From contig CAWEXO010000008.1 in NCBI GenBank assembly GCA_963813025.1, positions 288,001 to 352,000 on the forward strand: a stretch of 64,000 nt of DNA, in the 5' to 3' direction. This stretch comes from an uncultured Verrucomicrobiae bacterium (GTDB taxonomy: Bacteria > Verrucomicrobiota > Verrucomicrobiia > Chthoniobacterales > JAFAMB01). The position numbers and the translations under genes were made by a program. Positions 32,484 through 42,257 of the stretch are shown here, piece after piece (positions within the stretch are counted from its first letter, which is position 1; every line of letters begins with the position of its first letter). The notes beneath the pieces are model-generated. The model saw only the letters and a program-made list of their open reading frames with translations. It had not been told where the DNA came from and made no database searches.

Positions 32484-32760
32484 CCGGTAGGTAAGTGAAT
32501 TCAGAGATCGTCTCGCAAGGTGGCCAGGTCCTTGTCCGGTAGGGCGAAAGCTTAGAGCATGTCTCGCAACGCCTGTATCGGTAGGGCGAAAACTTGTTTG
32601 AGCCGGACGCCGGGAATTGCCACCGTCCAAGACGGCTCCGCCTTCGCTAAAGCTATTGCGGATACGGTGAAACAAGTTCTCGCCTGGCGCTCGAACAAAT
32701 TCTCGGCCTATCGGCAGAGTGCCGGGGCCGCATCGCGAGACGTCTTGGAGCACGCCTGGC
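32484..32760. repeat. palindromic intergenic repeat, copy 1
   Basis: cggtagggcgaaa twice, aacttgtttgagccggacgc, tccgccttcgctaaagctattgcgga; shared with 37420-37610. Confidence 0.75.
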
Positions 32761-32780
32761 CTTTAGTTCGAGGAAGTCCC

Positions 32781-34325
32781 TCACCCAGCCCGCTCCCGGT
32801 GTTGCAGCAGCGATTCCCCAGTCATCTCGGCCGGTTTTTCCAGTCCCAGAAGCTGAAGAAGTGTCGGAGCGACATCCGCCAGGATGCCGTCACGGACCAG
32901 GTATCGGTTTGCGTCATTGCCCACGTACAGCAGGTGAACAAGATTGGTAGTGTGCGCCGTGTTCGGTGACCCATCTGGATTGCGCATCAGTTCGCAATTC
33001 CCGTGGTCCGCCGTGACCAGCGCTTTTCCATCGATCCGCAGGAGCTCTTCGATCACCTGACGGAGGCAGTCGTCGATCGTTTCCACCGCGGTCACCGCGG
33101 CTTGGACTACACCGGTGTGGCCGACCATATCAGGGTTCGCAAAGTTCAGGATGACAAGATCGTAGTCCGCCATGCGGTCGAGAACCTCTTTGGTAACCTC
33201 ACGCGCACTCATTTCGGGCCGGAGATCGTACGTAGCAACCTTTGGTGATGGCACGATCACGCGCTCTTCTCCCGGAAACGGGTTCTCGAGACCACCGTTA
33301 AAAAAATAAGTGACGTGCGGATACTTCTCGGTCTCGGCAATGCGCAATTGGCGTTTGCCTGCACCGCTCGCAACCTCTCCCAGAATGTGCGTCAAGACCT
33401 GTGGAGGAAAGGCGGCCGGCAACTCGTACTCCCGGTCGTACTCCGTCAGTGTGAAGAAATGGACCCGCGGCCATATCCCGCGATCGAAGCCTTGAAAATC
33501 CTTGAACAGAAATGCCTCTGAGAGTTGGCGGGCCCGGTCCGCCCGAAAGTTGAAGAAGAACACGACGTCGTTATCACGCACCCGCTGCTCGTTGACATGT
33601 GATCCAATAATGGGCTTGATGAACTCGTCGGTCTCGTTCTCCTGATAAGCGGCTCGGATTGCTGCTGCCAAGTCTGTCTGAGCTGGCCTGCCCTGCCCGT
33701 GAACGATGGCATCCCAAGCGACTTTAGTACGCTCCCAGCGGTGGTCGCGGTCCATCGCAAAATAGCGACCCACGACAGTTGAAATGTCTCCACCTGAAGA
33801 AGTTACCGCGGATATTACAGTTGACACGTAGTCCGCTCCACCAGTCGGTGAGGTGTCTCGCCCATCAGTGATCGCATGGATCATGATGTCGCGAACTCCT
33901 TGACGGGCCGCTTCTTCGACCAAAGCAATCAGATGCGCCTGATGGCTGTGCACACCGCCGTCGGAAACTAGCCCGATAAAGTGGAGTCGAGCAGATTTGG
34001 CTTTCTGGAAAGCATCCCGTATGACGGGATTATGTGCCAACTCGCCCTTCTCAATTGCCAAATTGATCCGAGTGAGATCCTGATACACGATCCGGCCTGC
34101 TCCCAGGTTGAGGTGGCCGACTTCCGAGTTGCCCATCTGACCGGCCGGCAAACCAACGTCGGTGCCACTAGCGCTCAACGTCCCTCCCGGATACCGCTGA
34201 TAAAGCGCGTCGTGGAAAGGAGTCCTCACCAATAACGTCGCGTTGCCGTCGGCTTCGGCCGCATCTCTCCCGTGAGGGTTAATCCCCCATCCATCCCGGA
34301 TGATCAGTACTACCGGTTTCGCCAT
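32781..34325 (-). CDS. gpmI: 2,3-bisphosphoglycerate-independent phosphoglycerate mutase
   Basis: DGWG, GQMGNSEVGH, DGRD, NFRADR, AETEKYPHV, NPDMVGH, ADHGN. Confidence 0.97.
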   Translation of the reverse strand: MAKPVVLIIRDGWGINPHGRDAAEADGNATLLVRTPFHDALYQRYPGGTLSASGTDVGLPAGQMGNSEVGHLNLGAGRIVYQDLTRINLAIEKGELAHNPVIRDAFQKAKSARLHFIGLVSDGGVHSHQAHLIALVEEAARQGVRDIMIHAITDGRDTSPTGGADYVSTVISAVTSSGGDISTVVGRYFAMDRDHRWERTKVAWDAIVHGQGRPAQTDLAAAIRAAYQENETDEFIKPIIGSHVNEQRVRDNDVVFFFNFRADRARQLSEAFLFKDFQGFDRGIWPRVHFFTLTEYDREYELPAAFPPQVLTHILGEVASGAGKRQLRIAETEKYPHVTYFFNGGLENPFPGEERVIVPSPKVATYDLRPEMSAREVTKEVLDRMADYDLVILNFANPDMVGHTGVVQAAVTAVETIDDCLRQVIEELLRIDGKALVTADHGNCELMRNPDGSPNTAHTTNLVHLLYVGNDANRYLVRDGILADVAPTLLQLLGLEKPAEMTGESLLQHRERAG

Positions 34326-34374
34326 GGCTACTTAATCGCCACAGACAAAAAGACCCGCAATGAGAAAGAGCGGA

Positions 34375-34473
34375 TCACCTCTTCTCAACCGATGCCTTGG
34401 CGGCAGCCTTCTTCCGCTTGAGGTACTCGTGTCGTTTTCGGCGTTTTTCGACTTTATTGTGCTGCTTGCCCAT
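34375..34473 (-). CDS. 32-aa highly basic peptide
   Basis: MGKQHNKVEKRRKRHEYLKRKKAAAKASVEKR, co-oriented between cysI and gpmI; below ORF-track cutoff. Confidence 0.6.
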   Translation of the reverse strand: MGKQHNKVEKRRKRHEYLKRKKAAAKASVEKR

Positions 34474-34509
34474 CCCTCTGCGGATAAGCCTGAGTCAGGC
34501 AAACGTCAA

Positions 34510-36237
34510 TTACACCCCGGCTTCGGCCAAGCCGCGCAAGGCACGTACTGCAAACTCCTGGTGAAACTGTTCGGGATGCGGCCGCGGGCCCATCTCATGA
34601 GTTCTTCCCCAATAATGGGAAAACGTTTCCATTGGCATCCGGTCGCACACGAATTCTTCCAATAGCCGGCGGACATGTCCCGGAATGTCTTCGATGGCAA
34701 CAACCTTCTCATGAAGCCCCGCCAAGCGTTCCCCGGTCAGAGAGCCGCCGACATAAAGAGCATATTTTCCTGGCGCGCGACCAACAAAGGCAATATCGGC
34801 GTTGTACGGCCGCGCACAGCCGTTTGGACAGCCAGTCATTCGAACCAGGATTGGCTCAAGCTCCAGATCCAGTTCCTTGAGAATCACATCGACCTCGTCC
34901 AGCACCGCCGGAAAAACTCTCTCACTTTCCGCCAACGCCAAGCCACACGTTGGCAGGGAAACGCATGCCTGCGAAATCTGGCGTGTCGGGGTCAAACCTT
35001 CCGGGCGCGCAATCCCGAATTCGGTAAATATTGCTTCGACCGCGCTTTTCTGCTCCGGCGCGATGCCGGCAAAAATCAAGTTGCAGTTCGTGGTTAAACG
35101 AATCGGGAACCCAAATTGTTCCGCGATCTTCCGAAAAGCCGTCTTATATTGGCCGTGGCCCGAGTCCTTAATTCTGCCTTCCTGCACCCAAACCCCGCAG
35201 AACAATTTGCCGTCGCCCTGCTCATGCCAGCCCAGGTAATCGCCGACGCTCTCCCAGGCGACATCGCGAAATTGGCGAACCGGGAAATTGATGCGCCGGA
35301 GCACCTCGTCAGTGAACCAACCGATGCCGCGGTCCTCGATCAAATATTTCAACCGCGCGCGCTTGCGGTCGCTGCGGTTCCCGTAATCACGTTGAGTAGT
35401 GACAATGGCGACAGCGACGCGAACAGCATCTTCCGGTCGCACAGCGAAAAGTGGTTGGGCCAGGGCCGGGAAAGTATCGACTTTTCCGTGCGACATGCCA
35501 AATCCGCCGCCGACCACTACGTTGTAGCCGACGAGCTTTCCGTTTTCTACCAGGCTGATAAAGCCTAGATCGTTGGAATAGATATCAACGTCGTTGCGCG
35601 GTGGGATCGCGATCCCGATCTTAAATTTTCGGGGCAAATAGTGGCTCCCATAAATCGGTTCAGCTTGGTCAGTTTGATCCTGATTCAGCCGTTCGCCGTT
35701 CAGCCAGATCTCGGAATACGCCGACGACCGGCTCAAGAAAGTATCGCTCAGTTCTTTGGCCAGGCGCTGCGCCTGCCGATGGGGTTCATCGACAAAAGGA
35801 GCGGCCGGCGCCGTGGTATTGCGCACCACATCGCCACAGGCGCCCCACGTCGTGAGGCCGAGCTCGTTGATCCGGCGGATGCAGTCTTTCAGCTCGCCTT
35901 TAAGAACACCATGGAGCTGGATACCTTGCCGCGTTGTGATACGCAGCGTGCCGTTGCCGAGCGCGTCGGCAACACGATCATGATCGAGATATTGGGCGGG
36001 TGATAGTGCTCCGCCCGGAATTTTGGTTCGGACCATGAACATCCATGCCTTATCCAGATTCTTCGCTTTGAGGTAGGCCCGCTGGTCTCGGTCATCCTGT
36101 TGATAGGTGCCATGGAATTTCAGAAGCTGATACTCTTCATCGGAAAAATGAGACGTGTCGGCCCGGAGGGTATCGGAGATCGAACCCCGCAGACCGGAGC
36201 TTTCAGCTTTGATTTGTTCAACAGTTTTGGCGGCCAT
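34510..36237 (-). CDS. cysI: sulfite reductase hemoprotein subunit (siroheme/4Fe-4S)
   Basis: LKFHGTYQQDDRD, TTRQ, YLPRKFK, CVSLPTC..TGCPNGC. Confidence 0.93.
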   Translation of the reverse strand: MAAKTVEQIKAESSGLRGSISDTLRADTSHFSDEEYQLLKFHGTYQQDDRDQRAYLKAKNLDKAWMFMVRTKIPGGALSPAQYLDHDRVADALGNGTLRITTRQGIQLHGVLKGELKDCIRRINELGLTTWGACGDVVRNTTAPAAPFVDEPHRQAQRLAKELSDTFLSRSSAYSEIWLNGERLNQDQTDQAEPIYGSHYLPRKFKIGIAIPPRNDVDIYSNDLGFISLVENGKLVGYNVVVGGGFGMSHGKVDTFPALAQPLFAVRPEDAVRVAVAIVTTQRDYGNRSDRKRARLKYLIEDRGIGWFTDEVLRRINFPVRQFRDVAWESVGDYLGWHEQGDGKLFCGVWVQEGRIKDSGHGQYKTAFRKIAEQFGFPIRLTTNCNLIFAGIAPEQKSAVEAIFTEFGIARPEGLTPTRQISQACVSLPTCGLALAESERVFPAVLDEVDVILKELDLELEPILVRMTGCPNGCARPYNADIAFVGRAPGKYALYVGGSLTGERLAGLHEKVVAIEDIPGHVRRLLEEFVCDRMPMETFSHYWGRTHEMGPRPHPEQFHQEFAVRALRGLAEAGV

Positions 36238-36300
36238 GGATAATTCCTATAGGGATATAGCCATTTCGGCTGGCCGCAAGCGGATAAACAGAATTTTTGC

Positions 36301-36768
36301 CTAGCCGGGCCTCCCGCAGAGACACCAAGAGCGTACACTGCAACCTAAGCGGAAAAGCAATACGATCGTGGCGGCAGCCCAGCCGGCCGAGAGAATGACG
36401 GCCCAGTTCACCGCAAGTATATTCAGCCGAGCAGAAGGCGGCGCGACAGGTTCCACGGTCAAATCGGCTTGTCCGCTTGAGTCAGCGAGCATCGGTTCCC
36501 GGAAGGCAACAAGCAACGATTTATCCGGAGCGACTGCAGGCGACCAAAGCGGGTACACGCGACCGCAACCAGCTGAAGGCTGGCGTCAGAAAAAGCACGG
36601 CCAAAAAGATCAGTCCAATCCGGTGCCTGGTTGCGGCGCTCCAGCCGGGGCGGAGACGACGAAGCGCCCGGAACGAAATATAAGGAAAGCCGAAAGCAAA
36701 ATTCCGTTCGCCCGCGACGCCGCCAAAACGTCGCAGAGAGGCTGCAAGAGATGGATTAACGCATTCAT
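36301..36768 (-). pseudogene. BlaR1/M56 peptidase N-terminal relic
   Basis: ATGA overlap with blaI; WSAATRHRI and WAAATIVLLFRL segments in shifted frames; no HExxH. Confidence 0.7.
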
Positions 36769-37142
36769 TGGTCAGGTCGGATCATTTTGCGGATCCGTTC
36801 GAGGTCTTTCGGATTGAGTTGGTCAGACTGGATGAGGTTGAGGACGAGCGATGGTGCGGAGTCATTGAAAAACCGGTTAAGCACATGCGTTACGGCCCGA
36901 CGCTGCGCCTGCTCGCGATCGATCACTGGATGGTAGACAAAAGCGGCCCCGGTTTTAGTGTGCCGGACATAACCTTTCTGCTCCAGGATCCGGAGAGTAG
37001 TGAGCACAGTGCTGTAGCTTAGAGAAAGTTCCGCGGGCAAGGCATCGACGACCTCGGCCACCGTAGCAGGTCCGCGCTCCCAGAGGATTTGCATGGGTCG
37101 GAGTTCCGCATCGGTCAAGGTAGGAGAAGTTTTGCGGGCCAT
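36765..37142 (-). CDS. BlaI/MecI/CopY family repressor
   Basis: LTDAELRPMQILW..YSTVLTTLRILEQKGYV..AFVYHP. Confidence 0.92.
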   Translation of the reverse strand: MARKTSPTLTDAELRPMQILWERGPATVAEVVDALPAELSLSYSTVLTTLRILEQKGYVRHTKTGAAFVYHPVIDREQAQRRAVTHVLNRFFNDSAPSLVLNLIQSDQLNPKDLERIRKMIRPDQ

Positions 37143-37209
37143 TCTATTAAAGAATTAGTTAGTATGGTTCGCTGGACTGGCGGTGCTGTCAATTAATTCT
37201 TTAATAGAA
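37142..37209. promoter_or_regulatory. paired operator candidates upstream of blaI-like gene
   Basis: ttctattaaagaatta (37142-37157) and its exact reverse complement taattctttaatagaa (37194-37209). Confidence 0.65.
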
Positions 37210-37419
37210 AGGAAAAATTTATGCGCATTAACGTATCGCGGACAGCGTCCTCCGTAACTCTGGTCGCGCCCAGCTCATCGCGCAGATCCCTTTGATAGAT
37301 GTGTTAGAGCAAGGCGCACTGCTGGTCTGTGTCGGACTTTGGGCAATCTGTAGCGCGCGCAATCGAGCTATGGTTAGGAAGGAGGTTCGAGGGTGTCCCA
37401 AGGGGTCTTTGGTCCTGCG

Positions 37420-37610
37420 CCGGTAGGGCGAAAATTTATCCGAGCCTGAGCGAGAACTTGTTTGAGCCGGACGCTTGGGTGAGCCACCCGCTCCAGATGG
37501 CTCCGCCTTCGCTAAGGCTATGGCGGACACGTCAACCAATGTTCTCTCTCAGGCTCAAATAAATTTTCGCCCTGCCACCGGACAATGCGGCATTCTGAGA
37601 CGATCTCTAG
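37420..37610. repeat. palindromic MITE/REP-like element, copy 2
   Basis: ~45-bp imperfect terminal inverted repeats ggtagggcgaaaatttatccgagcctgagcgagaac / gttctctctcaggctcaaataaattttcgccctgcc with internal hairpin. Confidence 0.8.
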
Positions 37611-37805
37611 CGCTCGCGCGACCAATCGCTTGATGGCGCACTACAGATTTCCAGAGTCCGACAGACCCGGCGCCTCGTCCGTAAGTCTGCTGCCAGCGCC
37701 CGACGTGTTGCAGCCGTCACCAACGCGCCCGAACCCGTCCGCGCTATACGTATGTGCTAATTCCGTTTTGTTGCGGGCCTCCTCCAGCTATGTTAACAGC
37801 CAGCG

Positions 37806-38612
37806 ATGCTCAAGTTCACCAAGATGAACGGAGCCGGAAACGACTTCGTGATGATCAACAACCAATCCGGCGAGGTAACGCTGACCAGCGAACAAATCGC
37901 TTTCCTTTGTGACCGGCATCGCGGCATCGGCGCGGACGGAGTTTTGCTGCTCGAGCCGCCAAGGCGTTCCGGGCAGTTCTACATGCGCTACTATAATAGC
38001 GATGGCGGCGAAGCGGAAATGTGCGGCAACGGCGCCCGGTGTTTTGCCCGGTTTGCCAGCCGTAAAGCAGGTCCATTTTCGACCCTGAGTTTCGAAACGC
38101 GGGCCGGCTTGATCAATGCGATTCTCCACGAAAATGAAGTGACGGTGGGTTTGAGCGCGCCTCGGGATTTTATGCTGCAGCGCACCGTCAGCATTGAGGG
38201 CCGCAAATTGCTCATCCATTCCGTCAACACGGGAGTGCCGCACGCCGTAACCTTTGTCGATAATGTTGGGGAAACGCCGGTCGTGCTCTGGGGAAGACAG
38301 ATCCGCCGCCATGCGGCCTTCCAGCCGGATGGCGCCAACGCAAATTTTGTCCAGATCGCCGGTCCGGGTCTTTTACAGATCCGCACCTACGAGCGCGGTG
38401 TTGAAAACGAAACCTTAGCTTGCGGAACGGGCGTCACTGCGGCGGCTCTGATCTATGCCCGGCTCTACGACGTCAGCAGCCCTGTTCTTTTGCAGGTGCG
38501 AGGTGGCGACCGGCTCAGGGTCGAATTCACTCGACAAAACGAGCATTTTGCGGACGTGACCTTACGCGGACCGGCGACTTTCTCTTTCGAAGGAGTCATC
38601 GACACCATTTGA
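37806..38612 (+). CDS. dapF: diaminopimelate epimerase
   Basis: KMNGAGNDF, EMCGNG, NTGVPH, ERG..TLACGTG. Confidence 0.97.
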   Translation: MLKFTKMNGAGNDFVMINNQSGEVTLTSEQIAFLCDRHRGIGADGVLLLEPPRRSGQFYMRYYNSDGGEAEMCGNGARCFARFASRKAGPFSTLSFETRAGLINAILHENEVTVGLSAPRDFMLQRTVSIEGRKLLIHSVNTGVPHAVTFVDNVGETPVVLWGRQIRRHAAFQPDGANANFVQIAGPGLLQIRTYERGVENETLACGTGVTAAALIYARLYDVSSPVLLQVRGGDRLRVEFTRQNEHFADVTLRGPATFSFEGVIDTI

Positions 38613-38697
38613 ACCGGAGCGACCACTGTTCCAACGGCCGCCTGAAGCCGCGACTAAAACTTGACGCTCACGCTGGAAGCTCTCTTACTGAGAAATC

Positions 38698-39573
38698 ATG
38701 TTTACCGGCACCTATACCGCGATCGTCACACCTTTCCGCGACGGTCGCGTCGATGAAAAAGCTTTCCGGGAGTTGATTGACTTCCAGATCGCCGGCGGCG
38801 TCTCCGGCATCGTGCCCGCCGGGACCACCGGAGAGGCCGCGACCCTGGACAATGATGAACATCTGCGCGTGATCAAGATCACCCTGGAACAGGCTGCCGG
38901 CCGGTGCGCTGTCGTCGCCGGTACAGGGTCCAACTCAACCCGCGAGGCGATCGACCTTTCCCAGCGCGCGGATAAGCTGGGAGTAGACGCGGTGCTGCTG
39001 GCCAGTCCTTACTACAACAAGCCGACTCAGGAAGGGCTTTATCAACATTATCGGGCAATCGCTGAAGCGATTACGACCCGGATCATGCTCTACAATGTGC
39101 CCAGTCGAACGGCTGGAGAGATCGGTATCGAAACCTGCGCGCGACTAGCTCGGGATTGCCCGAATATCGTGTCGCTCAAGGAAGCCGGTGGCAGTACCGA
39201 AAGAGTGTCTGCGTTGCGCCGGATTTTGCCGGAGGAATTTACGATCCTTTCCGGAGATGATGCTCAGACTCTTCCTTTCATGGCGGTCGGAGCAGTCGGA
39301 ACGGTCAGCGTCGCCTCGAATGTCGTGCCGCAGCTTGTCAGCGAGCTGGTCAATTCGTTTCGAAAAGGCCAGGCGGACAGGGCTCGGGAAATTCATCTTC
39401 GTCTGTTCCGGCTTTTCAAGGATTTGTTTATCGAATCCAACCCCATCCCGGTGAAAGCCGCGCTCCACCTCATGGGTAAGATCGAGGCAGAATACCGACT
39501 GCCGTTATGCGAGATCGGCAAGGCGAACCTTGACGTTCTGCGGGCAACCCTCGCAGAGCTTAAGCTCGTATGA
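38698..39573 (+). CDS. dapA: 4-hydroxy-tetrahydrodipicolinate synthase
   Basis: GTTGE, PYYNKP, YNVPSRT, LKEA, SGDD, ESNPIP. Confidence 0.97.
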   Translation: MFTGTYTAIVTPFRDGRVDEKAFRELIDFQIAGGVSGIVPAGTTGEAATLDNDEHLRVIKITLEQAAGRCAVVAGTGSNSTREAIDLSQRADKLGVDAVLLASPYYNKPTQEGLYQHYRAIAEAITTRIMLYNVPSRTAGEIGIETCARLARDCPNIVSLKEAGGSTERVSALRRILPEEFTILSGDDAQTLPFMAVGAVGTVSVASNVVPQLVSELVNSFRKGQADRAREIHLRLFRLFKDLFIESNPIPVKAALHLMGKIEAEYRLPLCEIGKANLDVLRATLAELKLV

Positions 39574-40304
39574 TCCGATTGCTGGTCCAAGGCGCCTCAG
39601 GACGGCTTGGGCAAGTGATTGTTCGGCTCGCCAACAACACGAAAAAGTTTCAGATCAGCGAGATCCGGCGTGGAGAGTCGCTGGACCAACTGGAGCAAGC
39701 GGACGTTGCGCTCGACGTCAGCGAGGCCGCCAGCTCTCTTTTGCTAGCGCGCCGCGCGGCTGCACTGCGCAAGCCGGTGGTAATTGGCAGCACCGGCCAC
39801 GACCGACCCCAGATCGCTGAGATCGAGTCGCTTGCTCGACGAGCAGCCATCGTCCTGGCGCCTAATTTCAGCGTCGGCGTCAATCTCCTGTTCTGGCTGT
39901 CCCAGAACGCCGCGCGCATATTGGGCGACAGTTTCGATCTGGAGATTCTGGAGCTGCACCATCGTCAGAAGAAAGATGCCCCAAGCGGCACCGCCCGGCG
40001 GTTGGCGGAAATTCTGGCCGCGACCCGGGATATTGATCTGGAGGCAAACGGAAGACATGGACGGGTGGGTCAGACCGGGGAACGGCTCAAGAATGAGATT
40101 GGGTTCCACGCTATCCGCGGCGGCGACGTCGTCGGAGAGCATACCGTGTATTTTCTCGGTTCGGGTGAACGGCTGGAACTCACTCACAAAGCCTCCAGTC
40201 GTGAGACTTTCGCCCATGGAGCACTGCGAGCGACGGAATGGGTATTGTCCCAGCCGCCCGGCCTCTATACGATGCAGGACGTGCTGGGACTGAACACAGG
40301 TTAA
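39570..40304 (+). CDS. dapB: 4-hydroxy-tetrahydrodipicolinate reductase
   Basis: GASGRLG, APNFSVG, ELHHRQKKDAPSGTA. Confidence 0.96.
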   Translation: MIRLLVQGASGRLGQVIVRLANNTKKFQISEIRRGESLDQLEQADVALDVSEAASSLLLARRAAALRKPVVIGSTGHDRPQIAEIESLARRAAIVLAPNFSVGVNLLFWLSQNAARILGDSFDLEILELHHRQKKDAPSGTARRLAEILAATRDIDLEANGRHGRVGQTGERLKNEIGFHAIRGGDVVGEHTVYFLGSGERLELTHKASSRETFAHGALRATEWVLSQPPGLYTMQDVLGLNTG

Positions 40305-40324
40305 GCAGCTGGCCTAGCGCGGAA

Positions 40325-40690
40325 GAGATATTGTCAAAAGTTGTGTATCGGGGACGGGCGCATCCTTGTTAAAATAATCCGGTTAGGCGGCTTGTTGGGT
40401 TGCTTCTTCGCCATCGACGAATCGGACGCCAGTAACTACCTTTGGGATCAGTTCGAAGCCCTGGAGCCGGCGCCAATGCTTTTGGGCTTCCAGGCCGAGT
40501 TTAAAGACCATGGTCAGTGTCGCGATTCGTGAACCGGAACGATCACCTCATTCTCGATTGCCGCCTGTAACAGCTTCCTGGCTCCTTCTTGCAGCAACTG
40601 CTCCAGGAACGGCTTTTCTTGATCTTTTACTCGCTCATCAAGCGAGACCACTTTATTCTCTGGCACTGGTGTATCCTGATACGGCTTCCA
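40325..40690 (-). mobile_element. internally deleted IS256-family element
   Basis: Terminal gagatattgtcaaaagttgtg; 40440-40540 matches 56660-56761 and 40541-40690 matches 57358-57508, with the middle absent. Confidence 0.88.
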
Positions 40691-40759
40691 TAGTTATGCA
40701 CCGGCGCCGGCAGAAGGACCATTGCAGGCCGCATTATTCATCGGAGCCGCCCAGATCGC

Positions 40760-41010
40760 TCCTTGTGGCAGACCTCGGAGACTCGTGGCTGGAATCGGTT
40801 CGCCGAGAAGCAGTGCTCATTATTCAAACCATTGAGGTCTTCGTTCTGCCCTTCAACGAAGTCTCTGAGCAGTTCGCCTTTGACGAAGGAGAGGGTGACC
40901 GATCACTCGCGTATTGGCGAAAAGCTCACGAGAATTATTTTCGCCGCAATGATCTTAAGGACCACGTGTTCGATGAGCGGTGCTGGTTGTTTGCGAACGG
41001 TTCAGGGTCG
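40760..41010 (+). pseudogene. ASCH domain fragment
   Basis: PFNEVSEQFAFDEGEGDRSLAYWRKAH. Confidence 0.8.
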
Positions 41011-41074
41011 TTCACACAATCGGTTGACGATCCGACGCGTCTGAACTCCAAGGCTTCTGAAAATGCTGCATTGG

Positions 41075-41548
41075 TTATCTCAACCCAAACTCGTCTAAGA
41101 TGAAGTCCTTGACGCCTTCAGGTCCTTTCAGATGAAGCCACACAGGTCCGTTCTGAATGTCCCAGCGGACTTCCAATTCGAGGAATGGGCAGCACTTTCG
41201 TTGAAGCTCGATCCACTCGAGCGCTTGATCGTTAGTAAATTGGGCGGTGTCTAGGCGGAGCGCATAACCGTCCGGTAGCTCACGTTTTTCTTGAATCGCG
41301 TGACGGAGTGCCTCAAGAAGCTGCGTGTAGCGCGGCCTGTCCTGGGGAGGTATTCCATCGATGTTGCAGGCTAGTCCGTTCACCGTCTTTTCAGCGGCTT
41401 GCTGCCCTCCGGCTTCGTCGTTTATCAGCACCAATCCTGTCATGAGTATCGCGATCAAAAGCCAGAGTATTCTTCGGTTCTTGCTTCCACGCAAACTTCG
41501 GCAGATCCAGGCTACAAGTGACTTTGCAGTGTCGTTAATGAGAGCCAT
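41075..41548 (-). CDS. hypothetical membrane-anchored protein with AC..CCPF motif
   Basis: LACN..ELPDGY..RKCCPFL..LKGPEGVK, resembles metal-binding domains linked to MerR systems. Confidence 0.6.
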   Translation of the reverse strand: MALINDTAKSLVAWICRSLRGSKNRRILWLLIAILMTGLVLINDEAGGQQAAEKTVNGLACNIDGIPPQDRPRYTQLLEALRHAIQEKRELPDGYALRLDTAQFTNDQALEWIELQRKCCPFLELEVRWDIQNGPVWLHLKGPEGVKDFILDEFGLR

Positions 41549-41619
41549 TGATCACGAATCTCTATATTGAACCCAACTTTAGCGGCAGGGACTTTCCAGG
41601 ATTCCACTCCGGTACGCCC

Positions 41620-41815
41620 GCTAGAACTTATGCGCGGCCTTTGCCCGCCACGGACGAAGCCGCCGATCCCAAGGTACGCCGGACGAGCAAGCCGGCCCGC
41701 GCCGCCACTCCTGTCGGACAGCCTCGGCCATGACGAGATCATGCGCCTCCCGTGGGATACGCCATTTCCAATTGGCTCATCGCCCTGCTCCTGGTCGTTT
41801 TCCGCCGCGTGGCAT
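41620..41815 (-). pseudogene. small DNA-binding protein relic
   Basis: MPRGGKRPGAGR then TGA, continuing WRIPREAHDLVMAEAVRQ. Confidence 0.45.
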
Positions 41816-41820
41816 AGCCC

Positions 41821-42021
41821 TTAGAAGCGCAGAAACCGTTGCGTGGCTTCCGGATCGGACAGAACACTTGTGATGATGGCGGCCGCAATCCGGGTCCGGT
41901 ATTTCCCTGTTTGGTTCTCGAAGTTGCGCAGCTGGTCGGCCACGCGCTTCGGTAAAGTCACCTCGATCCGTTCATCACCAAGCCGCGGTCGTCCTGTCCG
42001 GGATCTCGTACCGTTTGACAT
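41821..42021 (-). CDS. small ribbon-helix-helix-like DNA-binding protein
   Basis: GRPRLGDERIEVTLPKRVADQL..RTRIAAAII. Confidence 0.55.
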   Translation of the reverse strand: MSNGTRSRTGRPRLGDERIEVTLPKRVADQLRNFENQTGKYRTRIAAAIITSVLSDPEATQRFLRF

Positions 42022-42257
42022 GTTCCAGGACGAACAAAACCTTGACTCGAAGCTCCTAGCAAAAACCCGAACAAATCTGCTACGGTGGACACATCCAATG
42101 CGAGCTGCCAAGCTTACTCGTCCCCCCTGGCTGACCGCCGGCTGACACGCAAGGCTGTTGCTGGCAAATTCCGCGAACGACAGCCGCACTGATCCGAGCT
42201 GAGGCTCAACGATTAGGCACTGGACCAGGCAACTTCGTTCATCGAGTCATCGAGTCG

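Noticed and set aside
32484..32760. Possible CRISPR array
   Set aside because: Repeats are few, degenerate and irregularly spaced; no cas genes
40510..41103. 197-aa ORF as an ASCH fusion protein
   Set aside because: N-terminal half is the antisense of an IS256 relic
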